NCBI GenBank assembly: GCA_965277285.1
Contig: OZ255721.1
Span: forward strand, 3,008,001 to 3,072,000
DNA from: Abditibacteriaceae bacterium
GTDB taxonomy: Bacteria > Armatimonadota > Abditibacteriia > Abditibacteriales > Abditibacteriaceae
Direction: 5' to 3'
Length of the DNA stretch: 64,000 nucleotides
Shown here: positions 40,186 to 50,834 of the stretch, in pieces
Numbering within the stretch: position 1 is the first letter of the stretch
Layout: the number at the start of each line of letters is the position of its first letter
Translations under genes and position numbers: made by a program
The notes under the pieces: model-generated
The model's input: only the letters and a program-made list of their open reading frames with translations
What the model was told of the DNA's origin: nothing
The model's database searches: none

Positions 40186-41754
40186 TTAAGGTTGGGCGCG
40201 CCAGGTCACGATGTTTCCCAGTTCGTCTTTGGTGATGACGCGTGGGCTGCTGTAAATGCGCTTCAAGTCGGCGGGCGGCAATTTGCGCGGTCCCAGATCA
40301 TTCTGCCACGACATGAAATATGACCAGCGCACGCCGTAGCGTCGCATTTTATCAACGTCGGGCGCGCCACCCATTTCCGTCAGGGCGAGCATTTTGCGGC
40401 CATCGAAGCGCGTTTTTAAGGTGTTCCAAACGATGTTCAAAGGATCGCTCCAATCGCTGGGATATTGATCGATGCCCACGATGTCGACGTATTGATCGCC
40501 CGGATACCATTCGAGTTTGGTGCCGCTGCTGTAGACCCAGATCAGGTTGTGCAGCTTGTAAACGTTGGTAAAACGGTTGAACATCAATTTCCACAACTTC
40601 TTGAATGGCTCCGGGCCTTTGGCGCCCCACCAGAACCAGCCGCCTTCGGCTTCGTGCAAAGGTCGCCACAAAATCGGGATGTTCGCCGCGTCCAACTTCT
40701 TCAATTGAACGGCGATGGCGTCCATGTCGTGTATCAGCGCTTTGTATTCCGCGCTGTTCGGGTCGTCCATCGCTTTTTGCAAATCGAAGGTCGTCGAAGA
40801 CGTGTAAAAAGCGCTCCACCAATGCGCGTCCACGATTTTGCCCTGCGCATCTTTGTAAGGCGCATCGAGTACTTCACTGGGCGCGTTCCAGTGCCACATT
40901 ACGGTGAGAACCGAGCCAGATTTAGCGATGTCGATCATCTGTTCGGTTGTCGGGTCGGGCTTTGAGCCATGACTCATGCGCGTTGGCGAGTACTCGATGA
41001 GGTCGCCGCCAACAATCGCGGGGAATTTTCCGGTCGTCGTGTTGATGTAAGCAATGTCTGGCGCACCAGTCTGGCCGGAAACTGTTTTCTCTCCGTAGAG
41101 ACGCAGCAGCGAAGCGAACAAAGCGCGCGTGCGAGGGCTGGCTTTGGAGTCAACTAGAGTCGCAGGCGGTTTCTTGAGCGACATATCAATTGTCGCTGGC
41201 ACAAGGTCAACGGCATCGATGTCGTAATAGCCCCAACTTTTTTCAATGGCGATTTCGTTGTCGCCCATCTTTAGTTCCACCTGTCCGATGCTCTGCTCGG
41301 CGAAAGTCGGCGTGGCCTGGAACATTCCCGACATCTTGGCGCCGTTCACCACAAGATCGAAACCTTTTTCCTGCGGCGCGCAATAACGAATTTTGACCGT
41401 GTAAAAACCGCCTGGCGACTGTGTATGAAGCACGACTTTGTCGCCGTCCTTGACGAAGTTCGTCACATAACCGCGCCCCGAAAAACCAGGCCGCGAAGTG
41501 TCGATTTTCGTCCCCGTCAGTTGCCCGTCTTCGGCTTCCAAATGAATTGCTTGACCTTTGGTACTTTGTGTTCCCACACTTTGACTTTGCATACGCGTGC
41601 TTTGTATGCTTGGAGCTTGCATTCCGGTGCTGATAGCAGTGCAGCCAGCAACGGCACAAAGCCCGGCTGCCACCAATGAAGTCGTGGCAAGAGGTAGCCG
41701 AAACTGCGATAAACTTCGCAGTTTGGCCGTACTTTGAGTTATGTGAAGAAACAT
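40186..41754 (-). CDS. GH26 beta-mannanase-like hydrolase with a CBM35/CBM6-like module
   Basis: EAEDG...GFSGRGYV module; WHWNAP, WRPLHEAEGGWFWWG, WYPGDQYVDIVGID, ALTE. Confidence 0.9.
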   Translation of the reverse strand: MFLHITQSTAKLRSLSQFRLPLATTSLVAAGLCAVAGCTAISTGMQAPSIQSTRMQSQSVGTQSTKGQAIHLEAEDGQLTGTKIDTSRPGFSGRGYVTNFVKDGDKVVLHTQSPGGFYTVKIRYCAPQEKGFDLVVNGAKMSGMFQATPTFAEQSIGQVELKMGDNEIAIEKSWGYYDIDAVDLVPATIDMSLKKPPATLVDSKASPRTRALFASLLRLYGEKTVSGQTGAPDIAYINTTTGKFPAIVGGDLIEYSPTRMSHGSKPDPTTEQMIDIAKSGSVLTVMWHWNAPSEVLDAPYKDAQGKIVDAHWWSAFYTSSTTFDLQKAMDDPNSAEYKALIHDMDAIAVQLKKLDAANIPILWRPLHEAEGGWFWWGAKGPEPFKKLWKLMFNRFTNVYKLHNLIWVYSSGTKLEWYPGDQYVDIVGIDQYPSDWSDPLNIVWNTLKTRFDGRKMLALTEMGGAPDVDKMRRYGVRWSYFMSWQNDLGPRKLPPADLKRIYSSPRVITKDELGNIVTWRAQP

Positions 41755-41840
41755 AAGTTGTCCGCCTTTTATGCGATGGTTGAGTAAGCAAACTCTATCT
41801 TTTTCAAGCAGAACAATTAATTTTACAGGAATTTGCACAC

Positions 41841-41889
41841 AAAAAAACAGAAGCGCGAGTACTCAAATCGAGTACTCACGCTTCTGTTT
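41841..41889 (-). terminator. Intrinsic terminator of dapL built from two GAGTACTC cores
   Basis: Minus strand: AAACAGAAGCGTGAGTACTC-GATTT-GAGTACTCGCGCTTCTGTTTTTTT. Confidence 0.85.
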
Positions 41890-41906
41890 GCGTCAATAAC
41901 TTCAAA

Positions 41907-43085
41907 TTACTTCAAGGCACCGGCAATACGTTCCATCGCTTCGCGCAGACGATGTTCGGGGTAAGTTAATGAAATGCGGAAATAGCCTTCGCCCGCTTCG
42001 CCATAACCGCGTCCTGGAGTGACAACGACGCCGCAGGTATCGAGCAAATGCGCGGCGAACTTGGCGCTTGAACCATCGAAGCCGTCGGGAACCGGCGCCC
42101 AGATATAAAACGTCGCTTTGGGTTTCTGCAGATTCCAGCCGATTTTGTTCAGCGCATCGACAACCAGATCGACACGCGGCTTGTAGATTTCTTCGCTGAT
42201 CTTTGCGCCATATTCCGGCAAGTCGCGCAAAGCTTTGGCGCCCGCGAATTGCACCGCGCGCAAAACGCCACTGTCCACGTTGTCCTTAATGAGACCAAGC
42301 GCGGCCACCGCGTCTTTGTTTCCAACCGCCATGCCGATGCGCCAGCCCGTCATGTTGAAATGCTTGCTTAAAGAGTTGAACTCAATCGCCACGTCTTTGG
42401 CGTTGTCGGCCTGCAAAATGGACGGCGCTTTGTAGCCGTCGTAAGCGATTTCGGCGTAAGGCGCGTCGTGGCACAACAAAATATCGTTGCTGCGCGCGAA
42501 CTCGACCGCTTCGTTGAAAAACTCCAGGCTGGCAATCGCCGCAGTCGGGTTGTTCGGGTAATTGAGCCACATGATTTTGGCGCGTTTGGCGACATCGCTC
42601 GGAATCGCGCCCAAATCGGGCAGCCAATGGTTGGAGGCTGTCAGCGGCATGAAATAGCTTTCTCCGCCCGCCAAAAGCGTCCCAATATTGTAAACCGGAT
42701 AGCCAGGTTCGGGCACCAGCGCGATGTCGCCTTTTTCGATATAAGCCCACGGGATATGCGCAATGCCGTCTTTAGAACCAATTGTCGTCAGCACTTCGGT
42801 TTTCGGATCGAGCGTGACGCCGAAACGCTTCTGGTAATATTCGGCGACGGCTTGCGGATAATCGGCGACCGGCATATCGCCGCCATAACGATGACGGTCG
42901 GGATCATTGGCGTCGCGCAAAGAGCGCACAGCTTCGTCGATGATTTCGTCCGGCGTCGGATGATCGGGGTCGCCGATGCCCAGCGAAATCACGTCAACGC
43001 CTTCTTCAATCTTCGCGCGACGCTTGCGCGCAATCTCGGCGAAAAGATACGGCGGAATCAGTTTCAGTCGTTCTGCAGTTTTCAT
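41907..43085 (-). CDS. dapL: LL-diaminopimelate aminotransferase
   Basis: PPYLFAEI, LGIGDPD, GSKDGIAH, NYPNNPT, SLSKHFNMTGWRIG; adjacent to dapF. Confidence 0.88.
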   Translation of the reverse strand: MKTAERLKLIPPYLFAEIARKRRAKIEEGVDVISLGIGDPDHPTPDEIIDEAVRSLRDANDPDRHRYGGDMPVADYPQAVAEYYQKRFGVTLDPKTEVLTTIGSKDGIAHIPWAYIEKGDIALVPEPGYPVYNIGTLLAGGESYFMPLTASNHWLPDLGAIPSDVAKRAKIMWLNYPNNPTAAIASLEFFNEAVEFARSNDILLCHDAPYAEIAYDGYKAPSILQADNAKDVAIEFNSLSKHFNMTGWRIGMAVGNKDAVAALGLIKDNVDSGVLRAVQFAGAKALRDLPEYGAKISEEIYKPRVDLVVDALNKIGWNLQKPKATFYIWAPVPDGFDGSSAKFAAHLLDTCGVVVTPGRGYGEAGEGYFRISLTYPEHRLREAMERIAGALK

Positions 43086-43157
43086 AAGAGTTTTTGAACC
43101 GCCAAGACGCCAAGAACGCGAAGGGAAAAGAAATTTGTTCGAGTACTCGAAACCATG

Positions 43158-43228
43158 AGTTCGTCATTCTGAGCGCAGCGAAGAATCTAACTGTAATTAG
43201 ATTCTTCGCTGCGCTCGAATGACGAACT
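43158..43228. repeat. Family A hairpin repeat
   Basis: AGTTCGTCATTCTGAGCGCAGCGAAGAATCTAA...TTAGATTCTTCGCTGCGCTCGAATGACGAACT. Confidence 0.9.
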
Positions 43229-43282
43229 ATGGCGACGACGCAAAACTTTTTCCTTTGCGTCCTCCACGTCTTCTGCGGTAAA

Positions 43283-44197
43283 TTAAATACTTTTTAAGAA
43301 TTCGGGATCGAGTGTCGCTTCAAAGACGGTCGCGGCGGGGCCGGTCATGTAAACGTGATTGTTTTGCGCCCATTCGACATCGAGATCGCCGCCCGGCAAA
43401 TGCACCAGAGCACGGCGCTCCGTGTTCTTCAACTGATTGGTCAAGGCCGAGGCGACGACGACTGAGCAGGCGCCCGTGCCGCACGCGAGGGTATCGCCCG
43501 CGCCGCGTTCCCAGGTGCGCATCCATAGTTTTTGCGGCCCCAGAACTTGCACGAAATGAACATTGGTGCGTTCGGGAAACGCTTCGTGATGCTCGATTTC
43601 CAGCCCAATTTCTTTCAAGGCAACGTTTTCCACATCGTCCACGAAAATCACGACGTGTGGGTTGCCCATCGAAACGCCAGTAATCGAGTACTCGTTGGCG
43701 CCGACTTGGAGCGGTTGATTGATGACTTGCGGATCGTTGCCACCGGGCAAAGAAGTCATCGGAATCTCACTTCTTTTCAAGTGCGGAATATCCATATCGA
43801 CGCGCACCATAATTTCGCGGGCGCCCGGTTGCGTGCCATCGGCCAAAATCTCGATGTGCTGCAATCCTTTGACGGTCGCCACAGAAACCGAACTTTCGCC
43901 GACTAATCCTTTGTCGAACAACAATTTGCCAAAGCAGCGAATGCCATTGCCGCACATTTCGCTTTCGCTGCCGTCTGGGTTCCACATACGCATCCGAAAT
44001 TGCGCGTTCTCATCTGGCAAAACCAGAATCAAGCCGTCGCCGCCAACGCCAAAATGACGGTCGCAGAGCGCTTCGCTCAGCGCTGGCATTTGCTCGATTG
44101 GCAAAGGTAAACCGTCCAAGCAATCGATCATCACGAAATCGTTGCCCAGCCCGTGCATTTTGATGAAACGAAGCGGCGTATCAGAAGAAAAAGCCAT
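43283..44197 (-). CDS. dapF: Diaminopimelate epimerase
   Basis: KMHGLGNDF, EMCGNGIRC, SMGNPH, WERGAGDTLACGTG. Confidence 0.96.
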   Translation of the reverse strand: MAFSSDTPLRFIKMHGLGNDFVMIDCLDGLPLPIEQMPALSEALCDRHFGVGGDGLILVLPDENAQFRMRMWNPDGSESEMCGNGIRCFGKLLFDKGLVGESSVSVATVKGLQHIEILADGTQPGAREIMVRVDMDIPHLKRSEIPMTSLPGGNDPQVINQPLQVGANEYSITGVSMGNPHVVIFVDDVENVALKEIGLEIEHHEAFPERTNVHFVQVLGPQKLWMRTWERGAGDTLACGTGACSVVVASALTNQLKNTERRALVHLPGGDLDVEWAQNNHVYMTGPAATVFEATLDPEFLKSI

Positions 44198-44326
44198 AAG
44201 AAGATCAGGAAGTGGGAAATTGCACCACGATTCATACAAGGTTCACACAAGTTTGCATAAGAAAGGCGCGGATGCCTCGAAAGGAAAGCCGCGCCCATCA
44301 AAACAAGGTTCAATTATACCAACAGA

Positions 44327-45352
44327 TTAGCTCGTCGGCGCGCCGCTGGGAGCATCGCTTGGTGCTGCATCTGAAGTTGCGGGAGACGCTGCGGCGGGAA
44401 CCAAAGCCGTTGGCATCGCGCCATCGGGTGGCGAAACGCTGGCCAGCATTTTCTGGAAGGCGGGCTGGAGCTTTTCCCAATCTTCGTCGCGGCATGTTGC
44501 CACGAATTGCAGTCGAACCTGATTGGTTAGCATCGTGGCGCGCAAACCGTGCAATTTGCCGACGCGCAAACCGCCGCTGCCGGAAAACTCGCAAACCCAC
44601 GTTTCACCGAAACCGCCCGTATATTTACGCGACGTTTCTTCCTCGTAGCCGCCATACTTTTCGCTCATCTGCTTCGCTTCCGCTTCGTGGAGGGTTTGTT
44701 GCGGCGATTTGGCCGAGTTCTTCATGGTTTCGCTCATAAACGAACCGGCGGCATCGGCGGCGACACCAACTTGCGCCGAACCATTTTGCCAGCGCGAACC
44801 GCCGGTCAAGCCATCTTCACTGGCGCCTTCGTGCAATTCCCAGTCGGCATCTGTCGGCGCCAGGCACTGAAACGTTTTGCCTTTGGTGGTGTGCGGCGTA
44901 AAACCTGAAATCGCTTCCACAGGCTTGGGCGCCAGCAGATGCAGCACCAGGAAAAATATCACCAGCGCGCCAACCACGCCGCCCGCGTAAAACGGTGTCA
45001 TGTTCTTAGGTGGCGCCTGCGGCACATCGTCCAACTTTGATGGCGGCCCACCCGTGTAAACCTGCGGCGGACGATTGGCGCCGGTCGTCAATTCACCTGG
45101 TAACATCGCGTTCGATGGAATAACCGCGGCGTCTTTGGAGGCGACTGAAGTTGAGCGCTGGGATCGAGTACTCGATAACGCGGACGGCGGCGCGATGAGC
45201 GGATCCGTCGAAACCGCAACTGGTGCTGCTGTTGCTGCTGCGCTGTTTGCCCATTGCAAAGTTTTGCCACAGCGACGGCATTTGGTAAAAGAAATCGGGT
45301 TGGTGACGCCGCATTTGGCGCACTTGTCGGCAGTTTTGGTGGCGTCTGTCAT
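44327..45352 (-). CDS. Hypothetical zinc-ribbon/single-TM protein
   Basis: CAKC...CRRC N-terminus, Pro-rich linker, TM helix, C-terminal domain. Confidence 0.75.
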   Translation of the reverse strand: MTDATKTADKCAKCGVTNPISFTKCRRCGKTLQWANSAAATAAPVAVSTDPLIAPPSALSSTRSQRSTSVASKDAAVIPSNAMLPGELTTGANRPPQVYTGGPPSKLDDVPQAPPKNMTPFYAGGVVGALVIFFLVLHLLAPKPVEAISGFTPHTTKGKTFQCLAPTDADWELHEGASEDGLTGGSRWQNGSAQVGVAADAAGSFMSETMKNSAKSPQQTLHEAEAKQMSEKYGGYEEETSRKYTGGFGETWVCEFSGSGGLRVGKLHGLRATMLTNQVRLQFVATCRDEDWEKLQPAFQKMLASVSPPDGAMPTALVPAAASPATSDAAPSDAPSGAPTS

Positions 45353-45502
45353 AAAGTTTCTCGCATCAGAAAATAAGAAATTTGCACGTTGACACAGCAT
45401 GATCAAATCGTTTCTTCATGCAAACGTTCGACTCGATATTGGTCGCAACAATGTTGCCCTTGATCGGGCAGGAAGTGCTGTCGCAGAAGAAAGTGCGGCA
45501 GT

Positions 45503-45715
45503 TCAAATTTCGTTGATTTGCACGATTTCCCAGTGCGGCGTCATGCTCGATGTTTCACGATGTCCCAATACAATCATCGGGTCGCCCAGCTTTTGAGCTT
45601 GCTCGATGTGTTCGGCGGTGATGCCGACAATCTTGCCAACGCCGCGCGCGTTGTGCGTGCCGGGCGTTGGCGGACTTCCAAGCTGCGACCATTTTTTCTG
45701 AATCCGTAATGACAT
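45503..45715 (-). CDS. Small hypothetical protein
   Basis: GAGG RBS; 70 aa. Confidence 0.55.
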   Translation of the reverse strand: MSLRIQKKWSQLGSPPTPGTHNARGVGKIVGITAEHIEQAQKLGDPMIVLGHRETSSMTPHWEIVQINEI

Positions 45716-45749
45716 GAAACGTGTTCCTCTCAGGAATTGTGAATGAAGT

Positions 45750-46703
45750 TTAATCGGCGTCGTTCGAGTACTCGATAGCAATTTTATCCGCGATTTTTTG
45801 CCAGTTTGTTTCATCGTTGACATCAATCCATTGTGTCGGCAACTGGTGGCGAAACCACGTCATTTGCCGTTTGGCGTAACGCCGCGTGTCGCGCTTCCAA
45901 AGTTCGACACATTCGTTGAAACGATTCGCATCTTCCAACGCCGGACGCATTTGTTTATAACCTAAACTTTGCATGGCGGTTGCGCCTTCATCGAGATTCA
46001 TTTCAACTAAACGTTGCAGTTCATCCATAAAACCCATTGCAAGCATCGCGTCAATGCGCGTTTCAATGCGACTGTATAAAACATCGCGTGGCCATTCCAA
46101 GCCGAAGAGATAAGGTCTGAACTCAGGCGATTGCCGATGGAGCCGATGGATTAGCAATGAATGAACAGAAGAAAGATTATTTTTTTCGTATTGCGCGACT
46201 TCAATCGCGCGAGTAATGCGGCGCGTGTCGTTGATTGGTAAGCGTTCGGCAGAGGCTTCATCGAGTACGCGCAGTTGGTTGTGCAACCAAACAGCGCCGT
46301 GTTCTTGCAGTTGCGTTTCGAGTTGCGCGCGCAATTCAAAGTCTGGCGGAGCGCTGGCCAAAGTTTCGGGTTGCAGCAAAGCACGCGCATAAAAGCCAGT
46401 TCCACCGACGATAATTGGCGTTTTATGGTGGCTACGAATGTCTTCGATGACGATTTGCGCATCGTTCGCCCATTGCGCGGCGGAATAGGTTTCCTGCGGG
46501 TTTTTGATGTCGATCAAATGATGACGCGCCTGAGATTGTTCTTCGCGTGTCGGTTTGGCAGTGCCGATGTCGAGCGTTCGATAAATCTGCATCGAATCCA
46601 TAGAGACGATTTCGCCATCCAATCGAGTACTCAATTCGATGGCCAAACGTGTTTTGCCGCTGGCGGTCGGGCCGACGAGGAAGAGCAGGGGAAAAGGTTT
46701 CAT
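45750..46703 (-). CDS. miaA: tRNA dimethylallyltransferase
   Basis: GPTASGKT, DSMQIY, DIGTAKP, VGGTGFY, TRRYAKRQMTWF. Confidence 0.96.
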   Translation of the reverse strand: MKPFPLLFLVGPTASGKTRLAIELSTRLDGEIVSMDSMQIYRTLDIGTAKPTREEQSQARHHLIDIKNPQETYSAAQWANDAQIVIEDIRSHHKTPIIVGGTGFYARALLQPETLASAPPDFELRAQLETQLQEHGAVWLHNQLRVLDEASAERLPINDTRRITRAIEVAQYEKNNLSSVHSLLIHRLHRQSPEFRPYLFGLEWPRDVLYSRIETRIDAMLAMGFMDELQRLVEMNLDEGATAMQSLGYKQMRPALEDANRFNECVELWKRDTRRYAKRQMTWFRHQLPTQWIDVNDETNWQKIADKIAIEYSNDAD

Positions 46704-46793
46704 GGAGAAGTGGCGTTTTTGTTGTGCTATCCTATTTCGTGTTTAACTTGCGGGCATTTGATGAGGAATATAAGGATATAAAGGCAAAACGCT

Positions 46794-47315
46794 ATGACAC
46801 AACCAACGCGCGACGAGAAAACGGTTTCTTCTGGAGGCGAAAGTTTGCAGGCATTGCCGCACGGCGTCTCGTTTCACGATGTGGCGACACACGTCGATGA
46901 GCGTGGCGCCGTTTGCGAAATGTTCGACTTGCGCTGGGACTGGCATCCCGATCCGGTTGTATTTTCCTACTTTTTCACGATTCGTCCCGGCTGGATCAAA
47001 GGCTGGGGCTTGCACAAAGAACACGAAGATCGCTATTTTATTTTGTTTGGCGAAGTCGAAGTCGTGTTGTATGATGCGCGTCCCGATTCGCCGACGCACG
47101 GTTTGGTTTCTCAAATCGTGTTGTCGGAGTATAAGCGGCGTTTGCTGAATATTCCCGCTGGCATCTGGCACGCCGACCGCAATCTGGGCGACCGCGACGC
47201 GGTTCTGGTCAATTATCCCACGATTCCCTACAATCACGACAGCCCTGATAAATATCGCCTGCCGCTCGACACCGATCAAATCCCGCACAAGTTCGATAAT
47301 CCGCGCGGCGGCTGA
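46794..47315 (+). CDS. RmlC-like cupin (dTDP-sugar epimerase family)
   Basis: HVDERG, IKGWGLH, YDARPDSPT, IPAGIWH. Confidence 0.82.
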   Translation: MTQPTRDEKTVSSGGESLQALPHGVSFHDVATHVDERGAVCEMFDLRWDWHPDPVVFSYFFTIRPGWIKGWGLHKEHEDRYFILFGEVEVVLYDARPDSPTHGLVSQIVLSEYKRRLLNIPAGIWHADRNLGDRDAVLVNYPTIPYNHDSPDKYRLPLDTDQIPHKFDNPRGG

Positions 47316-47353
47316 TGCTGTGCGTTAGTATTTAGACACTTCGAGTACTCGAT

Positions 47354-48250
47354 ATGCCGCGTTTAACCGTCATCATCCCGACTTACAATTGGAGCAGCGT
47401 GTTGCCATATTCCATCGGCAGCGTGTTGCGTCAAACCTTCACCGACTGGGAATTGTTAGTTATCGGCGACGCCTGCACCGATGATTCGGAAAGTGTCGTG
47501 CGGCGTTTTGCAGATGAAATCGGGCAGGACGAATATGGTCAAGATCGTATTCGCTGGATTAATTTGGAGAAAAACGCGGGCAGCCAATACGCGCCAAATA
47601 ACGAAGGTTTGCGTCAGGCGCGCGGCGAACTGATCGCTTATCTGGGGCACGACGATTTATGGCTGCCGCACCATTTGCAAACTCAAGTCGCCGCCATTGA
47701 TGCCGGTGCTGACCTGGCGTACTCGATTATTGATTGGATTTATCCGCCGGGCTGGGTTTCGCCAGTGAATCTTTTTCCTCATTTTTGCTTGCCTTCTGCG
47801 GTGGTGCATCGCCGTCATGTGGTGCAGGAATTGGGCGGCTGGCGCAATTACCGCGAAATCGAATTGCCCACCGATATGGATTTGTGGAAGCGCATCCGCG
47901 ACGCCGGTTATCGTGTGACCTTTGTGCCACGCCTGGGCACGATCAAATTTTCCGCTTCGATGCGCCGCGACGTTTACAAGATGCGGCCCTGTCACGAGCA
48001 AGCGTTGTGGTTCGACCGCATTGGGCGTGAAAGCGATTTGGAAGCGACCGAACTCGCGCGAATGCTGTGCGCATCTCACAACGAATTGTCGCTGATCGAT
48101 CCGCGCTGGAGCCGCCAGGTGGCGCGTTTGCTGTTCCATGTCGGATCGCAACGCTTGCGACGTCGCTTCCAAAGATTTCTGCCCAAACCACGTAAAGGTG
48201 CGCAGACCGAAGCCTGGCGCAAATATCGAGGTCTCGAACGAAACTCGTGA
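47354..48250 (+). CDS. Glycosyltransferase family 2
   Basis: VIIPTYN, SVLRQTF, GDACTDDS, IAYLGHDDLW. Confidence 0.92.
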   Translation: MPRLTVIIPTYNWSSVLPYSIGSVLRQTFTDWELLVIGDACTDDSESVVRRFADEIGQDEYGQDRIRWINLEKNAGSQYAPNNEGLRQARGELIAYLGHDDLWLPHHLQTQVAAIDAGADLAYSIIDWIYPPGWVSPVNLFPHFCLPSAVVHRRHVVQELGGWRNYREIELPTDMDLWKRIRDAGYRVTFVPRLGTIKFSASMRRDVYKMRPCHEQALWFDRIGRESDLEATELARMLCASHNELSLIDPRWSRQVARLLFHVGSQRLRRRFQRFLPKPRKGAQTEAWRKYRGLERNS

Positions 48251-48277
48251 CACGCACAGTGAATTCGAGTACTCGAT

Positions 48278-49858
48278 TCACCGTGCAACAATTACCGAAA
48301 AAGTCGCGCGACGAATAAAACGATTGCGGTCATCAAAAAGATAAACCGTCAGCGTTTGTTTTCCTGTGGGAAGATTTCGCAAATCGAGCGCAATCAAATG
48401 CACGCCCGGCTTTTGCGACGCATAAACGATTTTGTTTGCGATCTGCAAATAAACCTTGGGGCGCGCCACATACGTTTTCGCCCAGATACTCAACAAATCG
48501 CTGTTGCGCAACGTTTGCCCGTTCGTCAAAGCGCGCGGCACGGACGTCATTTCCTGCTGCCAATGCGAAAGGAAATACGGTTCGCTGATGGCGCGATTAT
48601 ACGCTTCGAGTACGCGATTGTCGCCGCTCAAGGTGTAATCGCTGAGCGTTTTTCCGGCTGTCCGGTAACGCAGCGAATTCATGCTGAACCAATCAATCAA
48701 TTTGACGCGCGGATACAATCGTGGCAAAGCGCCGTACAACAGCGATAATTTATCAATGGCGAAATCGGAGCGTGAAATATTATCCAACGCGGCGCGATGA
48801 CTGGCCGCATATTCGCAAATCGCAATCGGCTTGCGTGCGGCGAACATCTTGTAAATCGGATCGAGCAGGGCAAGCGGATTTTCATCGAAAGCCGGACAAT
48901 TCGCTTTGTTCTCGTGAAAGGGGACGGAATAAATGTTGACGCCGACCCAATCGCAACCGTCGTCGCCCGGATAATACTGCGCAATGTTGCCCAGCGGCGG
49001 ATTGTTGACGCACCAGATCGTCGCGCACAACGGCGCTTCCTGGTGCAAAACCCGATCAACCAGGCGAAACTTGGCGCGATAAAGCGGCGGATCGTTGTGA
49101 TATGGCGTCCAGAAACCGTTCATTTCACTGGCGAAACGCACGAAAACCGGCCAGTTGGCTCGCGCCATATCGCGCGCGAAACCACGCAAATAAGCGTCGT
49201 CTTGCACATCGTTCAAGTTCGCTGGTTCCCAGGCGATTTGCGCAATCGCGCCGTTGCGTTTCAAGTGTTCGACCCAGGCGCGAGGAAACCTTTGGCCATA
49301 TTTCAAATACATGAAATAGCTGGCGTGCGCTTTTCCCGTTAGTTGCTCCCACGCTTCGCTGCGATGATGGCTTTGCCAGTTTTCATCATAAAACGAACCG
49401 CCCAGCGCATCGTCGCGGTCGATAAATGCGCCGATGTAACAACCATTTTGCGGCTCTAATCGCGCGGTTCGAGTACTCGAAAGCGGCGCTGGCGCGTCCA
49501 CAAAGGCGCGCAAATCGGTTTGGTATTGCGCCGCTTTGTTGTCCTGGATAATCGCCGCGTCCCACAAACCTTTGCGCCGATATTGCGCCGCTTCATCGTG
49601 CATCGTCTGCGCCGCGTCGTCGTAGCGACCCAACTGCAGATAAATCTGCGCCAGTTTGCGATAAGCGTCGAAAATGGGAGCGCGCCGGATTTTCGCCTGC
49701 AATGCGGAAATGCGCGGATCGTTGCGCACATTGCGCACGGGAACGGCGGGCAACAGGCGCGCTAAATCTTCGTTTTGACCGTTGTTTTGCGCGCGTGCAG
49801 AAAGCGGCAAGAAAGACAGCAAACATAAGATTTCGAGTACTCGAAAGTGAGGAAACAT
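48278..49858 (-). CDS. Secreted GH26-like glycoside hydrolase with an N-terminal TPR-like segment
   Basis: QIAWEP, VRFASEMNGFW, YYPGDDGCDWVGVNIY, KPIAICEY. Confidence 0.8.
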   Translation of the reverse strand: MFPHFRVLEILCLLSFLPLSARAQNNGQNEDLARLLPAVPVRNVRNDPRISALQAKIRRAPIFDAYRKLAQIYLQLGRYDDAAQTMHDEAAQYRRKGLWDAAIIQDNKAAQYQTDLRAFVDAPAPLSSTRTARLEPQNGCYIGAFIDRDDALGGSFYDENWQSHHRSEAWEQLTGKAHASYFMYLKYGQRFPRAWVEHLKRNGAIAQIAWEPANLNDVQDDAYLRGFARDMARANWPVFVRFASEMNGFWTPYHNDPPLYRAKFRLVDRVLHQEAPLCATIWCVNNPPLGNIAQYYPGDDGCDWVGVNIYSVPFHENKANCPAFDENPLALLDPIYKMFAARKPIAICEYAASHRAALDNISRSDFAIDKLSLLYGALPRLYPRVKLIDWFSMNSLRYRTAGKTLSDYTLSGDNRVLEAYNRAISEPYFLSHWQQEMTSVPRALTNGQTLRNSDLLSIWAKTYVARPKVYLQIANKIVYASQKPGVHLIALDLRNLPTGKQTLTVYLFDDRNRFIRRATFSVIVAR

Positions 49859-49930
49859 AAGCCCTTCTAACATTGAACGGCAGAAAATGCTTGCGCAACA
49901 AGTTGTTTGGTTTGTCCGGGCGTTCGCTTT

Positions 49931-49958
49931 GTACGGGCGAGGCATGCCTCGCCCGTAC
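49931..49958. repeat. Perfect 28-bp REP-like palindrome, family D
   Basis: GTACGGGCGAGGCATGCCTCGCCCGTAC, identical to 55763-55790. Confidence 0.92.
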
Positions 49959-49991
49959 GGATTTCTCCTCACTATGAGAACAAACCAAGAG

Positions 49992-50780
49992 TTACGGTGC
50001 CATGCGTCGCAGCAAAAACCAGCCGCCAGCGATGATGGCGACGGCGACAATGGAACCCGAAATGACGCTGGGCAAAATCAATAAAACGCCGCCGACAACG
50101 ACCAATACGATGAGCCAGACGAAACCGTCGCGCAAAGCGGGCACCAGGTTTTCCGGTTTGAAGGCCCACTCGAAGAAGTTCATCTGATGCACTTCGCCGC
50201 AATGCGGACAGGTTTTGGTGTTCTTCGGAATCTGTTTGTCGCACTTGCGGCAGACCGCGAAATCGTAGCGATCTATTCCTTCTTGCTTGTCCAAAACGGT
50301 GCGCAGTTGCGACTTCCAGCGTTTGGTAGCGGGGCCGTCCGGCATCAGGCGAATGGCGATACGATATTCATCGACGGCGTTTTCGAGTTGCCCCAGTTCC
50401 GCCCACTTTTCGGCAAGTCCGGCGTGCGCTCCGGCGTTCGTCGGGTCGAACTGGATAGCACTTTCAAAACGTTCGATGTCTTCGTCGCGCAACTTATGCG
50501 ACGTTTGGCGGTCGGCCAACTTCGTTATAAAAGGTGCCGCGCCGCACGCCAGCATCAAAACGACGCCCGCCAAAACCGCGATACCCGCGCCGCCGCTGGA
50601 CAAAATCATGCCCGCGCCGCACATCACGCCCAAAAACAAAGCGATGCCAATGCCCCAATCGAGCGTTCCATCAACGACCGTAGCGCGCACAATCGCCAGC
50701 AACGGAAACGAAACTAACAGTGCGATGAACAGCCACACAACCGGCGTTAAAAACGCTGAACCTTCGCCCGAACCAACCAT
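49992..50780 (-). CDS. Membrane protein with TPR and double zinc ribbon
   Basis: TM helices, FDPTNAGAH TPR, CRKC...CPHC. Confidence 0.78.
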   Translation of the reverse strand: MVGSGEGSAFLTPVVWLFIALLVSFPLLAIVRATVVDGTLDWGIGIALFLGVMCGAGMILSSGGAGIAVLAGVVLMLACGAAPFITKLADRQTSHKLRDEDIERFESAIQFDPTNAGAHAGLAEKWAELGQLENAVDEYRIAIRLMPDGPATKRWKSQLRTVLDKQEGIDRYDFAVCRKCDKQIPKNTKTCPHCGEVHQMNFFEWAFKPENLVPALRDGFVWLIVLVVVGGVLLILPSVISGSIVAVAIIAGGWFLLRRMAP

Positions 50781-50834
50781 AAAATCCTTTGCTTCAATCT
50801 TTAGAAAATGTCTGGCGATGGAACACGGCTTTCG

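Noticed and set aside
31793..40200. Integrative island at tRNA-Thr
   Set aside because: No integrase and no duplicated tRNA 3' end seen in the window.
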